A stretch of DNA of 64,000 nucleotides, taken from Lama guanicoe (lineage: Eukaryota). Numbering within the stretch: position 1 is the stretch's first letter; every line of letters starts with the position of its first letter. The notes beneath the pieces are model-generated. The model was given only the letters and a program-made list of their open reading frames with translations, made no database searches and was not told the origin of the DNA. Positions 51,018-62,680 of this stretch are shown in pieces. The position numbers and the translations under genes were made by a program. Location: positions 1,636,833 through 1,700,832 of the forward strand of contig MU053376.1 of the NCBI GenBank assembly GCA_013239625.1, given 5' to 3'.

Positions 51018-52186
51018 TTATTTTTTAGTGAAATACAGTCAGTTACAATGCACCCATTTCTCAGGTACAGCACAATGTCCCAGTCATGTGTATATATATA
51101 TACACATATATATTCGTTTTCATATTCTTTTTCATTAAAGGTTATTACACGATATTGAATACAGTTCCCTCTGCTATACAAAAGAAATTTGTTTTTTAAT
51201 GTATTTTTATCTATAGTGGTTAACATTTGTAAATCTCAAACTCCCGAATTTATCCCTTCCCACACTCTTTCCCCCATAACTATAAGATTGTTTACTATGT
51301 TTGCGAGTCTGTCTCTATTTTGTAGATGAGTTCATTGGTATCTTCTTTCTTCTTTTTTTTTCTTTTTTTCTGAGATTCCACATATGAGTGACATCATATG
51401 GTATTTTTCCTTCTCTTTGTGTCGTACTTCACTTGGAATGACAATCTCCAGGTCCATTCATGTTGCTGCAAATGGCATTATTTTACTCGTTTTTGTCACT
51501 GAGTAGTATTCCATTATATAAATCTAACACAACTTCTTTATCCAATCATCTGTCAATGGACATTTAGGTTGTTTCCATTGGCTATTGTAAATAGTGCTGC
51601 TATGAACATTGGGGTGCATGTATCTTTTCAAATTAGAATTCTCTCCAGATATAAGCTCAGGAGTGGGGTTGCTGGATCATATAGTAAGTCTATTTTATAG
51701 TAAGTCTTAGTTTTTTGAGGAATCTCCGTACTGTTTTCCATAATGGATGCACCAAACTACATCCCCACCAACAGTGCAGGAGGGTTCCTTTTTCTTCACA
51801 CCCTCTCCAACGTTTATTGTTTGTGGACTTTTGAATGACGGTCACTCTGACTGGTGTGAGATGATACCTTCTTGTAGTTTTGATTTGCATTCCTCTGATA
51901 GTTAGCGATATCGGGCATTTCTTCATGCGCTGATTGGCCAGCCACATGTCTTCACTGGAGAATTTCTTGTTTTGGTTTCTGCCCATTTTTGGTTTGGGTT
52001 TTTGTTGTTGTTGTTGTTAAATTGTATGAGCTATTTATATATTCTAGAAATTAAACCTTTGCATCTTTTACAAATATTTTCTCCCATTCCATAGCTGGTT
52101 GTTTTGTTTTACTTACGTTTTCCTTTGCTGGGCAAAAGCTTGTAAGTTTAACTAGGTCCCATTTGTTTATTTTTGCTTTTATTTCT
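51018..52186 (-). mobile_element. 5'-truncated L1 insertion with perfect TSD
   Basis: L1 ORF2 end plus 3' UTR; 14-bp TSD GAAGCTAACATTTT at 51004-51017 and 52187-52200. Confidence 0.92.
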
Positions 52187-52702
52187 GAAGCTAACATTTT
52201 GAGCCAAGGGCTTCCATCCAGGTAAGCTTATTGACTTTTCCCAACAGCTCTGTTGGGGAAAATAACTCAGAGACATGAAGTGACTAGCTGAGGTCACCAG
52301 ATAGATGAGGGTGGAGCACAGATGTGGATCCAAGTTACCTACTGTAAGCCTGCTGTGTTTTCCATGAACCCTGCTGTTGAATGGGATAACCAGGGCCTGC
52401 CCTAGATGTCTTACAGTTCTTAGAGGGCCCTGCTTAGCACCTGGCATGCAACAAATATTTATTGAACTGGATTGAATTAAACCCCAAATGAGCCTAATGT
52501 TCATTAGGAGAGAGTTTGATAAATAAATGGACACAGTACTGATGTTAGAAGGAATGAGCGGTCTGTACTGACATGAAATCTACTGTTAAATGAGGAGCAG
52601 TTTAGAGATGAGCTTAAGTAGCACAGTTCCTTTTTTTGTAGAAAGAAAAAGTTTTCCTTACCAACAGCCATCTCTGTTTATATATGCAAAGAAAAATGTC
52701 TT

Positions 52703-52815
52703 GGAGGGGAGGATATAACTCAGTGGTACAGTATGTGCTTAGCATGCATGAGGTCCTAGGTTCAGTCCCCAGTACCTCCCCCGCAAAACCAACCAACCAA
52801 CCAAAAAAAAAAAAA

Positions 52816-52847
<32 letters not shown>

Positions 52848-52856
52848 AAAGAAAAA
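52703..52856 (+). mobile_element. tRNA-derived SINE (Vic-1-like) with an A/(AAAG)n tail
   Basis: ggaggggaggatataactcagtggtacagtatgtgcttagcatgcatgaggtcctaggttcagtcccc followed by poly-A and (AAAG)n. Confidence 0.85.
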
Positions 52857-54166
52857 AGCCTGCATAGGATAGGACAATTTCAAATTCATTGTAATGCTTC
52901 TCTCTGAAGAAGAAGTTCACGGAGGGTATTTCATGTATTTTATAAGAAAAAAATCCTGAAGATATTTCCATTTTGAAAAAATTAAAATGAAATCAAAGAA
53001 AAGAAAGACAAATTGTTTCCAGTGGCAATGGATGTTCATTAGACCCAGATTCCCCATGTCAGATCCCTCAGGATGGGCCTTGGGTCCCAAAGGTGAAAAG
53101 GGTTCATTCAGAGCCTCTCCCTCCCTCTCTCTTTCTCTTTAACCCCTGCCCCCATGTACTAGGAAATATTTTCATTTACAACAGACACGTGAGCACACTG
53201 CAAGGAGTCAGGACTATGGGAAAATGGGCCTGGAACATCTCTTTGCATTGAAGTCAAGCCAAAAGTTTACAGGAACTAACTTGAAAGGGTGCCCACTGGC
53301 TAAAAGTGGGGGGATTTGAGCAGTTAAAAAATGGCAGTAAGTTGAAAAACATTCGTTATTCTGAAAATGTAAATAAAGGGGAAAAAAAAACCAAGTCATC
53401 TTGTCTTTCCTGTATGAGCTGTACCTCATAATGAACAAAGAGTTGATGAAAGAATTTTAAAAAATTTTTTTAATTTTTATTTTTTGCCCCTCTCATTATA
53501 TTCTTTTTTTTACTATTGCAATTTACAATGTGGTGTCAGTTTCTGGTGTACAGCATTATGTTTCAGCCATACATATACATATATATATTCCTTTTCATCT
53601 TCTTTTTCATTATAGGTTACTACAAGATATTGAATATAGTTCCCTGTGCTATGCAGTAGAAACTTGTTTATCTATTTTAAATACAGTAGCTAGTATGTGC
53701 AAATCTCAAACTCCCAAAATCTTCTTTGGATTTCTCTGGGTTAGGAAAAACAGATACTAATGTAAGTCTTTCATAAAAGCAAAATGATGCAAAGTAAATT
53801 TTTGAAAAACAGAGGGTATCTATATTAGAAGGATTTATGGATAAATTCTTGATGTGATGGTTGATGATGAGATGCTAAGAATTTGCTTCAAAATCATCCA
53901 GGTATGTGGGGCTGGAGAGAGGAGTGGCTGGTGGTTCAGATAAAATGGGCTTGGCCATGTGCGGGTGGGTTGTGGAAGCTGAGGTGGGGGATGGGGGCAC
54001 AGGGATTTATTGTACCATAATGTCTGTGTACATGTTTGAAGATTTCCATACTAAAACGTTAGCAAAAGGCAATCAAGTGTATGAACATACAACTTAATTC
54101 TTCCATCATGATGTTGGTGGAGGTGGTGTGTATGTGGGTGTGCGTGTGCATATATTTCATGCTGGT

Positions 54167-54316
54167 TTTTTTCTTGGTTCTTTTTTTGGGAGAGTGAGGG
54201 AATTAGGTGTATGTATGTATGCATGCATGTATTTATTTTAATGGAAGTAATGGTGGTTGACCGCAGGACCTCATGCATGCTAAGCACACAGTCTACCACT
54301 GAGCTATACTCTCCCC
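54167..54316 (-). mobile_element. tRNA-derived SINE (Vic-1-like) inserted in the former CTSE 3' UTR
   Basis: SINE head at the right end; TSD ttcatgctg on both sides. Confidence 0.8.
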
Positions 54317-54466
54317 ACTTCATGCTGTTTCATCCTAATTCAGGGTCCAGCTCTGGAACGACTGCCTTCTGTTGAAAATAACTTTTTGATAGCTGGACTC
54401 CAACCTAACAGGCCCAGTTGAATTTCCAAGGGCTGTCAGGCAGGCAGGCACAGACAAAAGCCCCTG

Positions 54467-54631
54467 TTAGGGGAGCTGCTGGGGCCAGCCCCACACAGCT
54501 ATTTCCACGGTCAAAGGCAGAGTCAAACTATCTAATGAAGATATCACCTAGGGCCCGGAAGCACCCAGTTGGAGGTTGGATATCAGAACCTTGAAAGCCG
54601 CCGATTCACAACTTCATTCCATCACAAATTC
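54467..54631 (-). pseudogene. CTSE: CTSE pseudo-exon 9, coding part
   Basis: Acceptor ccaaccccag. Reads EFV-(1-nt deletion)-GMKL*IGGFQGSDIQPPTGCFRALGDIFIR*FDSAFDRGNSCVGLAPAAP. TGA at 54608..54606, TAG at 54530..54528, ancestral TAA at 54469..54467. Confidence 0.9.
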
Positions 54632-54874
54632 CTGGGGTTGGAAAGAAGAATGTAAGTGACATGTTGGAGAAGAAGGAAGTAGTGCTGCCTAGAGGCTGTA
54701 CTGTGTGGTCATGGTAGCTGTACCAAATGGCCTTGGACAGCTGCTTCACAATTTTGTTTAGTTCTTCCCACTTCATATACCTATAACTGTTTACTCAACA
54801 AAGTGTTTTTAACAATTTCATATATGTGGGCTTGGGCTTCTAAGTTTTACAGTTCTGAGAATTGTTCATCTGTC

Positions 54875-55353
54875 TGTTGACTGAAATAAATGCGCAGCCG
54901 AAAAGTTGAGAGCTATGTTTTATTTGGTGGGAGGACTCAAGCCGGAATGACAGCCTCTCAGATCGTTCTGCGGTACTGCTCTGAAGAGGTAGGGGAGGAG
55001 CTAGGATGTATAGGAGCTTTAGAGCAAAGACCAGGTAGTTGGAACAATAGAAGATTACTTGTTATCTAAAGAAAACCAGGCATCTCAAGCTACAGAATTT
55101 AGTGCTTTTCTATGTATGGGAGGAAGCAAACATTTGGGCTCATTGAATTCATTCCTTTGACAAGTACCTAGCTATCTAGGGCCAGTGTCCCGTCCTTTCT
55201 TACTCTGAGTCCCCTCGGAGGGCACCATTGTGAGTGGCTGCAGAGGCCTGGCTGCGGGCTCGTCTTCACCAGGGGCATGGCGGCAGCTGCTGATGACTCG
55301 ATGGCTTCAGCCGTCTTTGTTGACTGATATGGTTTGCGGTACTTTCATTCACA
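54875..55353 (-). mobile_element. ERV1-type solo LTR in CTSE intron 8
   Basis: TG...CA termini, 4-bp TSD tgtc (54871-54874) / cgtc (55354-55357), AATAAA on the minus strand near 54923..54918. Confidence 0.85.
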
Positions 55354-56840
55354 CGTCTTACCCCCTTACCCTTTACCACACTTTTACAACTGGGAAAACT
55401 GAAACCTTTGTTGCATGACCAGAACAGCAAAAGGTCTGGCATTAGGAGATCTTGACTTAAATTCTGGTTTCTTTCGTTTCTAGCAAAGCTCAACTTTAAT
55501 TTTTTAAGTGGTTGCTCTGTAAGTGACTAGCCACTGCCGCTCTCTTGTTGATATTCTGCAAAGAATCATTTGAGTGATTCCTTTTGGTTATAAGGCAAGT
55601 AGGCATCCACTGTTCTGTGTGCAGAGTGTAACCTCCCCCAGCCTTATTTTTCAGTTTGGTAAAGACTTGGAGTCTAAAAGGCAGGAATTGTCTTTCCAAC
55701 AATGATCTGAAATTTGAGGTTGCTGATGAGGGTTTGGGGAAATTTACCGAAGGCTTCATGAGACTTCTCGAGAGGAAGGGGATAAAAACACAAAGTTATT
55801 ACAGCATCCTTGATGGATTGAGGGGATCTGATCAAAAACTGCTGGCATAAAAGGACAGTGGCACCATATTGGGTAGAGGGGGTGTGTGGGCGAGCAGGGA
55901 CTCATACTGGGTGAAAGTGACAGCGTATGGGGTGCTGGAGTGGGAACGGTGTAGCGACTGATAAACAGCGCAGTTGAAATGTCCATCTTGTCCTCAGTAT
56001 GGTGTTTACAGTGGCAGCTCCAGAATTGCTTTGTTGGAGGAGCTTAGGGGACTTGACATGAAACTGTGTTTTAAAGCAAAACATTTGTTTTCACTCATAT
56101 TGTCTGTTTGTATCTGGTGGTTTTGGGAAGGGGTTATTGGAGATCAAGGTGTGGGGGTAGGTAAAGTCCTCAGTTTACACCTTAGTGTTTCCACCTTGGC
56201 ACAGCCACCTGATGCTGCAGGTGACTCTTGGGCAAAGTTGATGCATTAAAATGTGTCGCTAAAGAATCACAATATTGAAACATGTAGGTTCATAGATTTT
56301 CAGAACACCCAGGAGTTCCCTTTCTACCTCACCCTCCAAACTTACAAATCTGTTGCAACCAGACATTTTCTGGTTTGCGGAGAATGTTAATTTGAAGATT
56401 AAAAGAGTGATAACCTTATTCTGTATCCCGCCCCCCACCCCCAAGCAGCTCATATCTTGAACCATTTAACTCTCTGAGTCTTAATATCTTCATCTATAAA
56501 GTGGGATAATAACATCCCAGTCTGACTTGGTGGTTTGGGGGATTAAACCTTGTCCATGGAAAAGTCCTACTTGACAATGTCAGAAAACCTCATTAAATGG
56601 TTTGTCCAAGGTTTGCTGCTGCTTCATGGCGGAACAGGAAACTAGAGAGGAGCAGCCCAAGATGTTTCCACCTTGGACAGCTGTGCCCCTCCCAGAGGGA
56701 ACACCGCATCAGAGCTGGATAAGATGGGAGAGGGGGCTTGGGATAAAGGCAGCCTGAGTAAGGGCAACTGTTTGAAAAGGGGAAGTGGTAGGCATGTGGG
56801 GAGGGCCCTGTGACTTGCAGAATAAGGAAACAGTTCTCAC

Positions 56841-56939
56841 CAGCAGGGTGTAGGCAGTTGGCTGGAGGGTACAGGGGACTCCATCAATGATAAAGGTGAC
56901 AGCTGGCAAGATGGTGATGTTGACACACTACACGGCAGA
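56841..56939 (-). pseudogene. CTSE: CTSE pseudo-exon 8 (SAV*CVNITILPAVTFIIDGVPCTLQPTAYTLL)
   Basis: 99 nt; TAG at 56930..56928; the expected acceptor reads CG (56941/56940) instead of AG; donor CTG|gtgaga intact. Confidence 0.9.
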
Positions 56940-57048
56940 CGAATCTACAACCCAGAGGATCCAGAGGACCCGTTCAGAGGTATCTCGTCTCCCAGGAGGG
57001 CCTGTGGCCCCTGCTCCCAGCCCCTCCCCACTGCAGGTAGGCACTCAC

Positions 57049-57190
57049 TTCTCCCTCTGTGGGCTCTGCCCCCCTGGCCTTGTGCGGCTGCTTGATACTG
57101 TCCAAGGGGCTTGTGATGCGGGAAGTCCCTGTGTCTACAATGGCCTGGCAGCTCTCAAAGCAGATCATCACCGTGCCCACCGCTTGGATT
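57049..57190 (-). pseudogene. CTSE: CTSE pseudo-exon 7 (IQAVGTVMICFESCQAIVDTGTSRITSPLDSIKQPHKARGAEPTEGE)
   Basis: 142 nt with intact acceptor (ttgtcttcag) and donor (GAA|gtgagt); second catalytic DTGT motif retained; frame open. Confidence 0.9.
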
Positions 57191-57366
57191 CTGAAGACAA
57201 AGAAAGCATCGTCAGCCACCTCTGCCCCTACTACTCCACCCTTACCCCTCCTGTCTCCCTTCCCCAGAACTTCCCTGACCCCCGAGCTGCCCTCGCTCTC
57301 TGCTGGGATCTCTACTACCCTGAAGCACATGAGTAATTTTTTCCATTTTGGTCTCTCTTGCCATGT

Positions 57367-58018
57367 GAGTGTTTCTCAATTTTCTGGGCTGAGATTCACA
57401 GCAGGAAATACATTTACCTCTTGACCCAGTACACAAACACAAAATAAAAATTTCATGAATCCATGCTTAACCTTAATATGTGAAGTGCACTCTGATGTTT
57501 TCTATTTTATCCCATTTCATTAAAAAATGTAGGTAGTTAGAAATTATCATATTAAGTGAAGCAAGTCCGATAGAGAAAGACAAGTATCACATGATATCAC
57601 TTATATGTGGAATCTAAAAACAGATCCAAATTCTATTTACAAACCAAAAACAGACTCATGGACATGGAAAACAAGCCATGGTTACCAAAGGGGAAGGGGC
57701 AGGGGAGAGATAAATTAGGAGTTTGGGATTAACAGATATACACTGCTATACATAAAATAGATAAACAATAAGACCTACTGTATAGCACAGGGAACTATAT
57801 TCAATTTCTTGTAATAAGCTACAATGGAAAAGAATCTGAAAAGAAAAGATATGTATGTATGTATATGTGTAACTGAATCACTTTGCTGTACAGCTGAAAC
57901 TAACATTGTAAATCAACTACACTTCAATAAAAACTAAAATAAAATAAATATAGGTCATGGTCCCCTAAACGATGTCATGACACATAAATAGGTAAACCAC
58001 TAGTTTGAAAAACCCTCA
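57367..58018. mobile_element. hAT-Charlie-like DNA transposon remnant interrupted by an L1
   Basis: Degenerate TIRs agtgtttctcaa / ttgaaaaaccct. Confidence 0.45.
57535..57945 (+). mobile_element. L1 3'-end insertion
   Basis: L1 3' UTR with A-rich tail; degenerate TSD aaatgtaggt / aaatataggt. Confidence 0.85.
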
Positions 58019-58061
58019 GTAGATGGTAAACATTGGAGCTTTATTTGCTTTCTTTTCCTCC

Positions 58062-58194
58062 TATTTTTTTTGGTGGGGGTGGGGAGGTAATGAGGTCTAT
58101 TTATTTATTTTCAGAGGATATACTGGGGATTGAACCCAGAACCTTGGGCATGCTAAGCATGTGCTCTACCACTTGAGCTATACCCTCCTCTCCC
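58062..58194 (-). mobile_element. tRNA-derived SINE (Vic-1-like)
   Basis: ctggggattgaacccagaaccttgggcatgctaagcatgtgctctaccacttgagctataccctcc. Confidence 0.85.
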
Positions 58195-58350
58195 TTACTG
58201 GCTTTTGTATCTAGCACGTGGCTGTTCATTTGCAGGACCTTATCCTCAGCTTGAAACTTGAACTACATTTCTTTGAGTTCCTGCAATGCCTAGTACAGCG
58301 CTAGGTATGTGGCAGGAATCTAGTTCTGCTTCCTCCTGATTACCCCATGT

Positions 58351-58356
58351 CTCTCT

Positions 58357-58413
<57 letters not shown>

Positions 58414-58447
58414 CGCGCGCGCGCGCGCGCGCGCGCGCATGTGCGCG
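58351..58447. repeat. Compound microsatellite (CT)5(GT)24-GCGT-(GC)13
   Basis: Direct reading; uninterrupted purine-pyrimidine alternation over 58360-58447. Confidence 0.95.
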
Positions 58448-60402
58448 AAGGCTCAGGCACTGCTGACCCGTCCGTGAATCCCTTAAGGAGTTCTTCAGAT
58501 AGAAGCGGTCTTGTCTTTCTGCTGTTTATGCGTGTTTTTAAGGAAAGAGAGAGGGAGGAACATTTGGGTGAAATGATACCATGTGGGCAAAAACAGGCCA
58601 TAGTAGAGGCAACGACCCAGTCTCTTAGCACTGAGAGAGGGTCCTGGAAGAGGAAGAGAGAGGAGAGTCTCCCAGAAATGTGGACTGGAGGCTGGTTGGG
58701 AGGTTTTGTCTGTTATCAGAACATTTGAAAGCTGTTGGTGATGACACTATCCAATGAACTTCTTTCTGGAGCTTCGACTTCTAGAAGCTAAGTTAGTAGC
58801 AAGAGGATGGTTGCTCAGGACTCTGTGGAAATCAACTCTGCCAGGACTTGATAGTCCTGGGGAGCATGCATCGTTGTAAGACACAGCAGGGCTTCCCCTC
58901 ACGCTCAGCTGTCCCCTGGCCACCGGGGAGCCAGCAACCCAGATGCTCTTGGCCCTGGCTCTGATAACATCACCAGCTCAGCATGGACATGACCATCTAG
59001 AAAACATCCCAACCTCGTTTTGCTTGAAGTTGATGACCAAAGGGAAGTCTACTATGCTGTCTGTGGTACAGAAGAAAGAGGGCCAGATGGGGTGCCTGGA
59101 TCTAGACTTGGCTCTGCCACTCACTTGTTATGTGACCTTGGATAGACCAATTTCTCTAAATCTAGTTTCTTGTCTGTAAAATGAAGATGATGGGTCGGCT
59201 GATAGTAACAAGGAACATTTTAGGTGCACAGGCTAGGTGCCAGGATCTGCCCTAAGGACCTTACAAGCATTAGCTCATTCAACACCCACACCAGTCCTAT
59301 CAGGGAGGTGTTATTTTTAAGCCCACTTTACAGATGAGATAACTGAGGCATCGAGGGTTTAAGTAACTTGCATAATGTACTATAACCAGGATTCAAACCC
59401 ATGTTGGCCTGACTTTAAAGTTGATAGTTTGTATTGGATGATCTCTTGGGTCTGACAAACAAAAATTTCTTTCCAGAAGAGAAAAACAAAGGGAGAAGAT
59501 GGGAGGGAGGAAGGGAGGAGGAGAGAGGGAGACAGAGTAATTTCCTGCATGCTGGGAAATTTGAGACCTTTCAATTATAAGAACAGAAAAGCGTGAGTGT
59601 GGGGTGGGGTGTCATGGTGAGGAGCTGTGTGGTGAGAAATCTTATTGCTTATTTTTTGCAAGTATTTTCTGTTTTGACTTCAATGATCCCCTCTGCAAAG
59701 ATCATTATTGTATTGCTGATAGGTGCAGAAATTCCACCATGCACCCCTCTGCTTGTTATCGTCCCCCAGACACTGAATTGTGAAAACCAAAAGTTTAAGG
59801 CAGTAAGACCATTTGTTTATTGCTATAAAGAGCATCTGGCACTAAATAAGTACTCTCCCCAATGGCTTGATCTGCTTTGGTTTGGCAAAATCTCTTGCTT
59901 TCATGCAGTTGGAAATAAGGAGCCAATGACGTCAGCAGCTCGCCTTATCAAGAATTCAATTTGTTTGAATCATTTCCAAAACCACTGTCAAGTCTATTCT
60001 GAGAAAGTGCCTTTCAGGCCAGAAACTGTTGGGGGTATAGTCAGCAAAAGGAACAGGCACTGGGGAAGTTTCTGGTCTGAATACTGCATGTGCGTGTGCA
60101 TGTGTGTGCGTGTGCACGGCCCCTGCACCTGTAAGCAGGAGGAACAGATTTTGTCTCGGGTTTACCAGAGAGCAGGACACGTGCCATCAACACCAGCCTC
60201 TGCGCTTGTCACTGAGCCCAGACTTTGAAAGCAGACAAAACAGGGTTTGGATTCCAACACTGCCACTGAGATGACTATGTGACATCCGGGTTATTTTAGA
60301 GCTTCGGATTCCTCCTCTGTAGAAGAGGAAGAATGAGTTCTTTGTCGGATGATGTGAGGATTCTAGGAGACTATTCTCAGGATGACTGCTTTCTATGTGT
60401 CA

Positions 60403-61094
60403 TCCAGCCACTATGGAGGAAAGAATGGAGGGTCCTTAAAAAACTAAAAATAGACTTACCATATGATCCAGCAATCTCACTCCTGGGCATATAACCAGAG
60501 GCAACCTTAGTCCAGAAAGACACATGCACCCAATGTTCATAGAAGCACTATTTACAATAGCCAAGACATGGAAACAACATAAATGTCTATCAACAGGTGA
60601 CTGAATAAAGAAGATGTGATATACACACACACACACACACATGTATACATAATGGAATATTACTCAGCCATAAAAAAGAATGAAAGAATGCCATTTGCAG
60701 CAACATGGATGGACCTAGAAATTATCATATTGAGTGAAGTTAAGTCATACAGAGAAAGTCAAGTATCATGTGATATCACTTACACGTGGAATCTAAAAAA
60801 TGTTACAAATTCTATTTACAAAACAAAAACAGACTCATGGACACAGAAAACAAACTATGGTTATCAAATGGGAAAGGGCAGGGAGGGATAAATTAGGGAC
60901 TGGGGATTAACAGACACACATTACTATATATAAAATAGATAAACAACAAGGACCTACTATATAGTACAGGAAACTATATTCATTTTCTTATAATAACATA
61001 TAATGGAAAAGAATCTGAAAAGAAAATATAAATATGTATTATATGTATAAGTGAATCACTTTGCTGTACAACTGAAGCTAACGTTGCAAATTAA
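60403..61094 (+). mobile_element. L1 3' portion
   Basis: ORF2 end (MEYYSAIKKNERMPFAATWMDLEIIILSEV) plus 3' UTR. Confidence 0.9.
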
Positions 61095-61222
61095 AAAACT
61101 ATTTATAGAGAATGAAAACACTCTCTGACCCTTCGTTTCCTTATCTGTGAATTGGGGCTGTTAGGAAAATTAAATACAAGCATATGTGAAGATTTTGCGT
61201 GACACATAGTAAATGAAATGAT

Positions 61223-61751
61223 NNNNNNNNNNNNNNNNNNNNNNNNNNNNNNNNNNNNNNNNNNNNNNNNNNNNNNNNNNNNNNNNNNNNNNNNNNNNNN
61301 NNNNNNNNNNNNNNNNNNNNNNNNNNNNNNNNNNNNNNNNNNNNNNNNNNNNNNNNNNNNNNNNNNNNNNNNNNNNNNNNNNNNNNNNNNNNNNNNNNNN
61401 NNNNNNNNNNNNNNNNNNNNNNNNNNNNNNNNNNNNNNNNNNNNNNNNNNNNNNNNNNNNNNNNNNNNNNNNNNNNNNNNNNNNNNNNNNNNNNNNNNNN
61501 NNNNNNNNNNNNNNNNNNNNNNNNNNNNNNNNNNNNNNNNNNNNNNNNNNNNNNNNNNNNNNNNNNNNNNNNNNNNNNNNNNNNNNNNNNNNNNNNNNNN
61601 NNNNNNNNNNNNNNNNNNNNNNNNNNNNNNNNNNNNNNNNNNNNNNNNNNNNNNNNNNNNNNNNNNNNNNNNNNNNNNNNNNNNNNNNNNNNNNNNNNNN
61701 NNNNNNNNNNNNNNNNNNNNNNNNNNNNNNNNNNNNNNNNNNNNNNNNNNN
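61223..61751. other. Assembly gap (N run)
   Basis: Run of N bases. Confidence 0.99.
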
Positions 61752-62359
61752 NGCGTCCACTGTTCTGTCCCTGGCCAGAGATGACAAAGGCTTTGAGTGG
61801 GTGGAGATGGAGCACTAGGAAAGAAGTGGGCATAGAACACACAGGATGTGATGCTGGATTGGATGGGGATGGAGCGGAAAGATCCGGGATGGCTCCTGGA
61901 ATTTGTCCCACAGACACACTTTGTTCTGTGCAAAATGCTGCTAGTTCAAGGTTTTTTGTTTTTTGTTTCTTCATCAAGGATTGCTTGTGATGGGAAAGCT
62001 TGGGGATAGACATCAAGAAGAGACTGTTTAAATAATGATGGTATGCCTATTCGATGGAACGCTGTGGAACCAGAATAAAACAACGAAAAAGCTCCAAAGA
62101 AAAACCTCTCTATATATTGTTGGGTTAAAAAATGTTTTAACAGTATGTACAGTATACTACCATTGGTATACATTAAGAGGGGAAAAATACATGAGTTCCA
62201 TTTTCTTGTATATGCATGAAATATCTCTGGAAGGATATACCAAGAAGCTGGTAGAATTGGATACTTTTTGAGAGGGGGACTAGGTGGATGGGGGCAGGGT
62301 GAGAAAGAGGCTTTCATTGTATATCATTTTGTAGTTCTTGAGTATTGAATCATGTGACT

Positions 62360-62680
62360 GTGTTACTTTATCAGTTTTCTACTGCTGCTATAACAAATTA
62401 CCACAAATGTGTTGGCTTAAAACAGCCCGAATGTATTATCATAAAGTTCTGTAGGTTGGAGGTTTGACCTGAGTTTCACTGGGTTACAGTCAAGGTGTCA
62501 GAAGGGGTATGTTCCTCTCTGGAGGTTTTAGAGGAAAATCTGTTGCCTAGCTTTTCCTAGCCTCTAGAAGCTACCCATATTCCTTGGCTCATGGCCCCTT
62601 CCTTCATCCTCAAAGCCAGCAATGTTGCATGTCTCTGACATCCTTCCATAGTCATATGTCCCTCTGACTACAGCCAGAGG
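62360..62680 (-). mobile_element. MLT1-type MaLR LTR fragment, followed by an L1 3' fragment (~62690-63000)
   Basis: ctgctgctataacaaattaccacaaa...ggcttaaaacag...ttccttggctcatggcccc motifs. Confidence 0.75.

Larger units (their letters stand above)
54467..57190 (-). pseudogene. CTSE: Cathepsin E unitary pseudogene, last three exons (7-9) with introns
   Basis: Three exon remnants of 142, 99 and 165 nt translate to the pepsin-family C-terminal lobe (CQAIVDTGTS; VTFIIDGVPCTLQPTAYTLL; GFQGSDIQPP...LGDIFIR*F...FDRGN..VGLAPA). They carry stops, frameshifts and a lost acceptor. Position next to RAB7B matches CTSE synteny. Confidence 0.92.

Noticed and set aside
58660..59020. Short matches resembling CTSE exons 5/6 (ctcccagaaatg, agaaaacatc, tggctctg)
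   Set aside because: Matches are short, not collinear, and give no pepsin-like translation
61103..62016. Long ORFs of X residues
   Set aside because: Artefacts of translating through the N gap
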